A stretch of DNA of 64,000 nucleotides from the human T2T-CHM13v2.0 reference genome, Homo sapiens: the NCBI RefSeq assembly GCF_009914755.1, contig NC_060946.1. The stretch is one strand, 5' to 3'. Shown one piece after another: positions 54,796 through 64,000 of the stretch (its first letter is position 1; the number at the start of each line of letters is the position of its first letter). Under the pieces are notes generated by a model. The model saw nothing but the letters and a program-made list of their open reading frames with translations, was not told where the DNA came from and did not search any database. Made by a program: the position numbers and the translations under genes.

Positions 54796-57700
54796 AGAAT
54801 GCTTCTGTCTAGTTGAAATGTGAAGACATTTCTTTTTCACCATAGACATCAAAGGGCTCAGAATTAGACCTTTGCAGATTGCAGAGAAAGGCTGTCTCTA
54901 AACTGCTCAAATAAAATAAAGTTTCAACACGGTGAGATGAATGCACACCTCACAAAGAAGTTCCTCAGAAAGCTTCTGTCTGGTTTTTATGTGAAGATAT
55001 TTCCTTTTTCACCATAGGCCTTACACCGCTCACAAATATCCTTCTGCAGATACTATAAAAAGACGGTTTCCAAACTGCTCCATCAAAAGAAAATTTCACC
55101 TATCTGAGATGAATGCACACATCATAAAGAAGTTCCTCAGAATTCTTCTGTCTAGTTTTTATGTGAAGGTGTTTCCATTTTCACCTTAGGCCACAAAGCG
55201 CCCCAAACATCCATTTGCAGATGATACGAAAAGACTGTTTCCAAACTGCTCAATCAAAAGAAATTTTCAACTCTGTGAGATGAAAGCACACATCACAAAA
55301 AAGTTTCTCAGAAACCTTCTGTCTCGCTTTTATCTCAAGATAATTCCTATTTTGCCATAGGAATCAAGGGGCTCACATATATCCCTTTGCAGATTCTACA
55401 AAAGTTCTCCTTAAAAACTTCTCAATCAAAAGAAACGTTCAACATTGTGAGATGAATGAACACATCCCAAAGACGTTTCTCAGGTTGCTTCTCTCTGGTT
55501 GCTATGTGAAGATGTTTCCTTTTTCACCATAGTCTTTAAGCCACTCAAAAATATCTGTCTGCAGACTCTACAAAAAGACTCTTTCCAAACTGGCCCATAT
55601 GGCATGTTTCAACTATGTGAAACGAATGCACTCATCAAAAAGTAGTTTTTCAGGAGTCTCCTTTCTAGTTTTCATGTGAAGGTATTTCCTTTTTCACCGT
55701 AGGCCACAAATTGCTCCAAATATCCATTTGCAGATTCTACAAAAAGAATGTTCCCAAACTGGTCAATCAAAAGAAAGGCGCAACTCTGTGAGACGAAAGC
55801 ACACATCACAAAGAAGTTTCTCGGAAAGCCTCTGTCTACATTTTATGTGAAGGTATTTCCTTTGGCACCATAGGCCTTAAACCGCTCGCAAATATAACTC
55901 CACTTATACTACCAAGAGACTTTCTCCAAATTGCTAAATCAAAAGAAAGGTTCAACTCTGTGAGATGAATACACACATCAAAAAGAAGTTTCTCAAAATT
56001 CTTCTGTCTAGTTTTCATGGGAAGATATTTATTTTTCACCGTTGGCCCAAAACCGCTCAGAAATATCCCTTTGCAGTTTGTAGGAAAAGACTGCTTCCAA
56101 ACTGCTCAATGAAAGGAAATGGTCAACTATTAGAGATGAATGGAAATGTCGCAAAGAGTTTTCTCGAAAAGCTACTGTGTCGTTTTTATGTGAAGACATT
56201 GCCTTTTGCACCCTAGGCCTTAAAACTCTCTAAATGCACATTCACAGATTCTACAAAAAGACTGATTCCAAACTGCTCAATCAGAAGAAGGGTTCAATTC
56301 CGTGTGACAAACGTGCACATCACCAAGAAATTTGTCAGAAAGCTTCTGTCTACTTTTTATGTGAAGATATTTCATATTTCAACAAAGGCCATAAAGGGCT
56401 CACAAATATCCCTTCGCAGATTCTAAGAAAAGACGTTTTCCAAACTCCTCAATCAAAAGAAAGGTTTAACTCTGTGAGATGAATGGACACATCACGAAGA
56501 AGTTTCTCAGAAAGCTTCTGTCTAGTTTTTCTGTGAAGATATTTCTTTTTCACCATAGGCCTCAAGCAGCTAAGAAATTTCCCTCTGCAGCTTCTACCAA
56601 AGACTGTTTCCAAACTGCTCACCTGAAAGAAAGGTTGAATTCTGTGACATGAATTCACACATCACAAAGAGGTTTTTCAGAAATCTTCTGTCTGGTTTTT
56701 AGGTGAAGATACTTCCTTTTTCACCACGGGCCTCAAATATCTCCAAATATCCATTTGCAGATTCTACAGAAAGACTTTGCAAACTGCTCAATCAAAAGAA
56801 GGGTTCAACACTGTGAGATGAAGGCACACATCACCAAGAAGTTTCTCAGAAACCTTCTGTCTAGTTTTTAGGTGAAGATACTTCGTATTTCACCACGGGC
56901 CATAAAGGGCTCACAAATATCCCTCTGCAGGTTCTACAAAAAGACTGTTCCCAAACTGCCCAATCAAAGGAGAGGTTCAACTCTGTGACGTAAACGGACA
57001 CATCACAAAAAATTTCTTGGAATGCTTCCGTCTAGTTCTTATGGGAAGATATTTCTCTTTCACCATAAGCCTCAAACGGATCAGAATTCTCCCTTTGCAG
57101 ATTGTACAATAAGCCTCTTTCCAATCTGCTCAATCAAGAGAAAGTTTCCACTCGGTTAGGTGAATGCACACATCACAAGGGAGTTTCTCAGAAAGCTTCT
57201 GTTTAGTTTTTACGTGAAGATATTTCGTTTTTCACCACGGGCCTCAAAAGCTCTCCAAATATCCATTTGCAGATTCTAGAAAAAGAGTGTTTCCAAACTC
57301 CTCAATCAAAGGATAGTTTCAATTCTGTGAGATGAAAGCACACATCACAACGAAGTTTCTTAGAAAGCGTCTGTCTAGTTTTTATGTGAAGATACTTCAC
57401 ATTGCATCACAGTACTCAATGGGCTCAGAAATGTCCCCATGCAGATCCTAGAAAAGGACTGTTTCAAAACTGCTCAATCCAAAGAAAGCTTCAACTATGT
57501 GACACGAATGCACACGTCACGAAGACCTTCCTCAGAATGCTTCTGTCTAGTTTACATGTGAAGAAGATTCCTATTTCACCATAGGCAATAAAGGGCTCAC
57601 AAATGTTTTTTGCAGATTCTCCGAAAAGACTGTATCCAAACTGCTCAATAAAAAGAAAGTTTTAACTCTGTTCGATTAGTGGACACATCAAAAAGTAGTT

Positions 57701-60700
57701 TCTCAGAAAACTTCTGTGTAGTTTTTATGTGAAGATACTTCCTTTGTCACCATTGGCCTCAAAGCACTCCTAATATCCATTTACAGATGTCACAGAAAGA
57801 GTGTTTCCAAACTGCTCAATCAAAAGAAAGTGTTTAACTCTGTGAGGTGAAAGCACACATCTCAAAGAAGTTTCTCCGAAAGCTTCGGTCTAGTTTTCAT
57901 GTGATGATATTTCCAGTCTTACCATAGGCCTCAAAGGGCTAAGAAATATCCCTTTCCAGATTCTAAAAGACCACCATTTCCATACTTCTCAATCAAAAGA
58001 AAGGTTAAATTCTGTGAGGTTAATGCACACATCAGAATGAAGTTTCTCAGAATTCTCCTCTCTAGTTTTCATGGGAAGATATTTACTATTTCACTATAGG
58101 CTTCAAATGTCTCAAAAATATCCCTTTGCAGATTCTACAAAAATATGCTTTCCAAAGTGCTGAATTAAAAGAAACCTTCAACTCTGTCAGATGAATGGAG
58201 ACATCACAAAGAAGTTCCTCAGAATGCTTCTGTCTAGTTGAAATGTGAAGACATTTCTTTTTCACCATAGACCTCAAAGGGCTCAGAATTAGACCTTTGC
58301 AGATTGCAGAGAAAGACTGTCTCTAAACTGCTCAAATAAAATAAAGTTTCAACACGGTGAGATGAATGCACACCTCACAAAGAAGTTCCTCAGAAAGCTT
58401 CTGTCTGGTTTTTATGTGAAGATATTTCCTTTTTCACCATAGGCCTTACACCGCTCACAAATATCCTTCTGCAGATACTATAAAAAGACGGTTTCCAAAC
58501 TGCTCCATCAAAAGAAAATTTCACCTATCTGAGATGAATGCACACATCATAAAGAAGTTCCTCAGAATTCTTCTGTCTAGTTTTTATGTGAAGGTGTTTC
58601 CATTTTCACCTTAGGCCACAAAGCGCCCCAAACATCCATTTGCAGATGATACGAAAAGACTGTTTCCAAACTGCTCAATCAAAAGAAATTTTCAACTCTG
58701 TGAGATGAAAGCACACATCACAAAAAAGTTTCTCAGAAACCTTCTGTCTCGCTTTTATCTCAAGATAATTCCTATTTTGCCATAGGAATCAAGGGGCTCA
58801 CATATATCCCTTTGCAGATTCTACAAAAGTTCTCCTTAAAAACTTCTCAATCAAAAGAAACGTTCAACATTGTGAGATGAATGAACACATCCCAAAGACG
58901 TTTCTCAGGTTGCTTCTGTCTGGTTGCTATGTGAAGATGTTTCCTTTTTCACCATAGTCTTTAAGCCACTCAAAAATATCTGTCTGCAGACTCTACAAAA
59001 AGACTCTTTCCAAACTAGCCCATATGGCATGTTTCAACTATGTGAAACGAATGCACTCATCAAAAAGTAGTTTTTCAGGAGTCTCCTGTCTAGTTTTCAT
59101 GTGAAGATATTTCCTTTTTCACCGTAGGCCACAAATTGCTCCAAATATCCATTTGCAGATTCTACAAAAAGAATGTTCCCAAACTGGTCAATCAAAAGAA
59201 AGGCGCAACTCTGTGAGACGAAAGCACACATCACAAAGAAGTTTCTCGGAAAGCCTCTGTCTACATTTTATGTGAAGGTATTTCCTTTGGCACCATAGGC
59301 CTTAAACCGCTCGCAAATATAACTCCACTTATACTACCAAGAGACTTTCTCCAAATTGCTAAATCAAAAGAAAGGTTCAACTCTGTGAGATGAATACACA
59401 CATCAAAAAGAAGTTTCTCAAAATGCTTCTGTCTAGTTTTCATGGGAAGATATTTATTTTTCACCGTTGGCCCCAAACCGCTCAGAAATATCCCTTTGCA
59501 GTTTGTAGGAAAAGACTGCTTCCAAACTGCTCAATGAAAGGAAATGGTCAACTATTAGAGATGAATGGAAATGTCGCAAAGAGTTTTCTCGAAAAGCTAC
59601 TGTGTCGTTTTTATGTGAAGACATTGCCTTTTGCACCCTAGGCCTTAAAACTCTCTAAATGCACATTCACAGATTCTACAAAAAGACTGATTCCAAACTG
59701 CTCAATCAGAAGAAGGGTTCAATTCCGTGTGACAAACGTGCACATCACCAAGAAATTTGTCAGAAAGCTTCTGTCTACTTTTTATGTGAAGATATTTCAT
59801 ATTTCAACAAAGGCCATAAAGGGTTCACAAATATCCATTCGCAGATTCTAAGAAAAGACGTTTTCCAAACTCCTCAATCAAAAGAAAGGTTTAACTCTGT
59901 GAGATGAATGGACACATCACGAAGAAGTTTCTCAGAAAGCTTCTGTCTAGTTTTTCTGTGAAGATATTTCTTTTCACCATAGGCCTCAAGCAGCTAAGAA
60001 ATTTCCCTCTGCAGCTTCTACCAAAGACTGTTTCCAAACTGCTCACCTGAAAGAAAGGTTGAATTCTGTGACATGAATTCACACATCACAAAGAGGTTTT
60101 TCAGAAATCTTCTGTCTGGTTTTTAGGTGAAGATACTTCCTTTTTCACCACGGGCCTCAAATATCTCCAAATATCCATTTGCAGATTCTACAGAAAGACT
60201 TTGCAAACTGTTCAATCAAAAGAAGGGTTCAACACTGTGAGATGAAGGCACACATCACCAAGAAGTTTCTCAGAAACCTTCTGTCTAGTTTTTAGGTGAA
60301 GATACTTCGTATTTCAACACAGGCCATAAAGGGCTCACAAATATCCCTCTGCAGGTTCTACAAAAAGACTGTTCCCAAACTGCCCAATCAAAGGAGAGGT
60401 TCAACTCTGTGACGTAAATGGACACATCACAAAAAATTTCTTGGAATGCTTCCGTCTAGTTCTTATGGGAAGATATTTCTCTTTCACCATAAGCCTCAAA
60501 CGGATCAGAATTCTCCCTTTGCAGATTGTACAATAAGCCTCTTTCCAATCTGCTCAATCAAGAGAAAGTTTCCACTCGGTTAGGTGAATGCACACATCAC
60601 AAGGGAGTTTCTCAGAAAGCTTCTGTTTAGTTTTTACGTGAAGATATTTCGTTTTTCACCACGGGCCTCAAAAGCTCTCCAAATATCCATTTGCAGATTC

Positions 60701-63700
60701 TAGAAAAAGAGTGTTTCCAAACTCCTCAATCAAAGGATAGTTTCAATTCTGTGAGATGAAAGCACACATCACAACGAAGTTTCTTAGAAAGCGTCTGTCT
60801 AGTTTTTATGTGAAGATACTTCACATTGCATCACAGTACTCAATGGGCTCAGAAATGTCCCCTTGCAGATCCTAGAAAAGGACTGTTTCAAAACTGCTCA
60901 ATCCAAAGAAAGCTTCAACTATGTGACACGAATGCACACGTCACGAAGACCTTCCTCAGAATGCTTCTGTCTAGTTTACATGTGAAGAAGATTCCTATTT
61001 CACCATAGGCAATAAAGGGCTCACAAATGTTTTTTGCAGATTCTCCGAAAAGACTGTATCCAAACTGCTCAATAAAAAGAAAGTTTTAACTCTGTTCGAT
61101 TAGTGGACACATCAAAAAGTAGTTTCTCAGAAAACTTCTGTGTAGTTTTTATGTGAAGATACTTCCTTTGTCACCATTGGCCTCAAAGCACTCCTAATAT
61201 CCATTTACAGATGTCACAGAAAGAGTGTTTCCAAACTGCTCAATCAAAAGAAAGTGTTTAACTCTGTGAGGTGAAAGCACACATCTCAAAGAAGTTTCTC
61301 CGAAAGCTTCGGTCTAGTTTTCATGTGATGATATTTCCAGTCTCACCATAGGCCTCAAAGGGCTAAGAAATATCCCTTTCCAGATTCTAAAAGACCACCA
61401 TTTCCATACTTCTCAATCAAAAGAAAGGTTAAATTCTGTGAGGTTAATGCACACATCAGAATGAAGTTTCTCAGAATTCTCCTGTCTAGTTTTCATGGGA
61501 AGATATTTACTATTTCACTATAGGCTTCAAATGTCTCAAAAATATCCCTTTGCAGATTCTACAAAAATATGCTTTCCAAAGTGCTGAATTAAAAGAAACC
61601 TTCAACTCTGTCAGATGAATGGAGACATCACAAAGAAGTTCCTCAGAATGCTTCTGTCTAGTTGAAATGTGAAGACATTTCTTTTTCACCATAGACCTCA
61701 AAGGGCTCAGAATTAGACCTTTGCAGATTGCAGAGAAAGACTGTCTCTAAACTGCTCAAATAAAATAAAGTTTCAACACGGTGAGATGAATGCACACCTC
61801 ACAAAGAAGTTCCTCAGAAAGCTTCTGTCTGGTTTTTATGTGAAGATATTTCCTTTTTCACCATAGGCCTTACACCGCTCACAAATATCCTTCTGCAGAT
61901 ACTATAAAAAGACGGTTTCCAAACTGCTCCATCAAAAGAAAATTTCACCTATCTGAGATGAATGCACACATCATAAAGAAGTTCCTCAGAATTCTTCTGT
62001 CTAGTTTTTATGTGAAGGTGTTTCCATTTTCACCTTAGGCCACAAAGCGCCCCAAACATCCATTTGCAGATGATACGAAAAGACTGTTTCCAAACTGCTC
62101 AATCAAAAGAAATTTTCAACTCTGTGAGATGAAAGCACACATCACAAAAAAGTTTCTCAGAAACCTTCTGTCTCGCTTTTATCTCAAGATAATTCCTATT
62201 TTGCCATAGGAATCAAGGGGCTCACATATATCCCTTTGCAGATTCTACAAAAGTTCTCCTTAAAAACTTCTCAATCAAAAGAAACGTTCAACATTGTGAG
62301 ATGAATGAACACATCCCAAAGACGTTTCTCAGGTTGCTTCTGTCTGGTTGCTATGTGAAGATGTTTCCTTTTTCACCATAGTCTTTAAGCCACTCAAAAA
62401 TATCTGTCTGCAGACTCTACAAAAAGACTCTTTCCAAACTGGCCCATATGGCATGTTTCAACTATGTGAAACGAATGCACTCATCAAAAAGTAGTTTTTC
62501 AGGAGTCTCCTGTCTAGTTTTCATGTGAAGATATTTCCTTTTTCACCGTAGGCCACAAATTGCTCCAAATATCCATTTGCAGATTCTACAAAAAGAATGT
62601 TCCCAAACTGGTCAATCAAAAGAAAGGCGCAACTCTGTGAGACGAAAGCACACATCACAAAGAAGTTTCTCGGAAAGCCTCTGTCTACATTTTATGTGAA
62701 GGTATTTCCTTTGGCACCATAGGCCTTAAACCGCTCGCAAATATGACTCCACTTATACTACCAAGAGACTTTCTCCAAATTGCTAAATCAAAAGAAAGTT
62801 TCAACCCTGTGAGATGAATACACACATCAAAAAGAAGTTTCTCAAAATGCTTCTGTCTAGTTTTCATGGGAAGATATTTATTTTTCACCGTTGGCCCCAA
62901 ACCGCTCAGAAATATCCCTTTGCAGTTTGTAGGAAAAGACTGCTTCCAAACTGCTCAATGAAAGGAAATGGTCAACTATTAGAGATGAATGGAAATGTCG
63001 CAAAGAGTTTTCTCGAAAAGCTACTGTGTCGTTTTTATGTGAAGACATTGCCTTTTGCACCCTAGGCCTTAAAACTCTCTAAATGCACATTCACAGATTC
63101 TACAAAAAGACTGATTCCAAACTGCTCAATCAGAAGAAGGGTTCAATTCCGTGTGACAAACGTGCACATCACCAAGAAATTTGTCAGAAAGCTTCTGTCT
63201 ACTTTTTATGTGAAGATATTTCATATTCCAACAAAGGCCATAAAGGGCTCACAAATATCCCTTCGCAGATTCTAAGAAAAGACGTTTTCCAAACTCCTCA
63301 ATCAAAAGAAAGGTTTAACTCTGTGAGATGAATGGACACATCACGAAGAAGTTTCTCAGAAAGCTTCTGTCTAGTTTTTCTGTGAAGATATTTCTTTTTC
63401 ACCATAGGCCTCAAGCAGCTAAGAAATTTCCCTCTGCAGCTTCTACCAAAGACTGTTTCCAAACTGCTCACCTGAAAGAAAGGTTGAATTCTGTGACATG
63501 AATTCACACATCACAAAGAGGTTTTTCAGAAATCTTCTGTCTGGTTTTTAGGTGAAGATACTTCCTTTTTCACCACGGGCCTCAAATATCTCCAAATATC
63601 CATTTGCAGATTCTACAGAAAGACTTTGCAAACTGCTCAATCAAAAGAAGGGTTCAACACTGTGAGATGAAGGCACACATCACCAAGAAGTTTCTCAGAA

Positions 63701-64000
63701 ACCTTCTGTCTAGTTTTTAGGTGAAGATACTTCGTATTTCACCACAGGCCATAAAGGGCTCACAAATATCCCTCTGCAGGTTCTACAAAAAGACTGTTCC
63801 CAAACTGCCCAATCAAAGGAGAGGTTCAACTCTGTGACGTAAATGGACACATCACAAAAAATTTCTTGGAATGCTTCCGTCTAGTTCTTATGGGAAGATA
63901 TTTCTCTTTCACCATAAGCCTCAAACGGATCAGAATTCTCCCTTTGCAGATTGTACAATAAGCCTCTTTCCAATCTGCTCAATCAAGAGAAAGTTTCCAC
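54796..64000 (-). repeat. HOR copies 17-19 (starts 54796, 58221, 61645; the last is truncated by the window), haplotype 'A'
   Basis: The A markers return (CACCTCAC, GAAACCTTCTGTCTCGC, GACTCTTTCC, CTCGAAAAG, AAATGCACATTC, CTCGGTTAGG). Copy 18 has a 1-bp deletion near 59971. Confidence 0.85.

Larger units (their letters stand above)
1..64000 (-). repeat. Alpha satellite array: ~171-bp monomers in a 20-mer, 3425-bp higher-order repeat, ~18.7 copies; runs off both window ends
   Basis: The + strand repeats GTTCAACTCTGTGAGATGAATGCACACATCACAAAGAAGTTTCTCAGAA...CTTCTGTCTAGTTTTTATGTGAAGATATTTCC every ~171 bp. This is the reverse complement of the usual alpha consensus (CATTCTCAGAAACTTCTTTGTGATGTGTGCATTCAACTCACAGAGTTGAAC). 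Near-identical ORFs recur at 1170, 4594, 8019, 11444 ... 62814 (steps of 3424-3425). Adjacent monomers are clearly diverged, while copies 3425 bp apart are nearly identical. Confidence 0.99.

Noticed and set aside
704-63507. About 130 short ORFs (60-90 aa) on both strands
   Set aside because: They are translations of satellite monomers that recur with the 3425-bp period, overlap on both strands, gain and lose stops freely between copies, often start at non-ATG codons and resemble no protein family I recognise.
1-64000. CRISPR-like or other repeat-spacer array
   Set aside because: There are no unique spacers. The whole monomer is homologous between units, and there are no cas or other genes.
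1-64000. Embedded L1, Alu or other insertion, or a strand inversion
   Set aside because: The constant 3424/3425-bp spacing leaves no room for an insertion. I saw no poly(A) tail, target-site duplication or reversed monomer.
1-64000. Assignment to a specific chromosome or named HOR
   Set aside because: More than one A-type HOR of about this length exists in humans and apes, and I cannot distinguish them without alignment to reference HOR models.

Overview
The whole 64 kb is one uninterrupted, single-orientation array of primate alpha satellite (centromeric/pericentromeric DNA, human-like). Monomers of 169-172 bp are organised as a 20-monomer higher-order repeat (HOR) of 3425 bp, present in about 18.7 tandem copies; six copies are 3424 bp because of 1-bp deletions. 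The monomers read carry the A-type (pJalpha-like) box region, and I found no CENP-B box by eye. That points to an older SF4+/SF6-type HOR array, probably inactive and outside the kinetochore, rather than a CENP-B-box-bearing SF1-3 live array. I see no genes, RNA genes, transposon insertions, inversions or CRISPR arrays. All ORFs in the track are chance frames that recur with the HOR period. I do not see a new gene-based system. The informative signal is the turnover history recorded in shared SNPs and indels: a diverged first copy; haplotype blocks in the order A-B-D-C-B-A; two recent single-unit tandem duplications; a tract shared at 2-HOR spacing; a ~4 kb block repeated 8 HORs away; chimeric junction copies; and short gene-conversion-like tracts. 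Variant comparisons were done by eye, so they need confirming by alignment.
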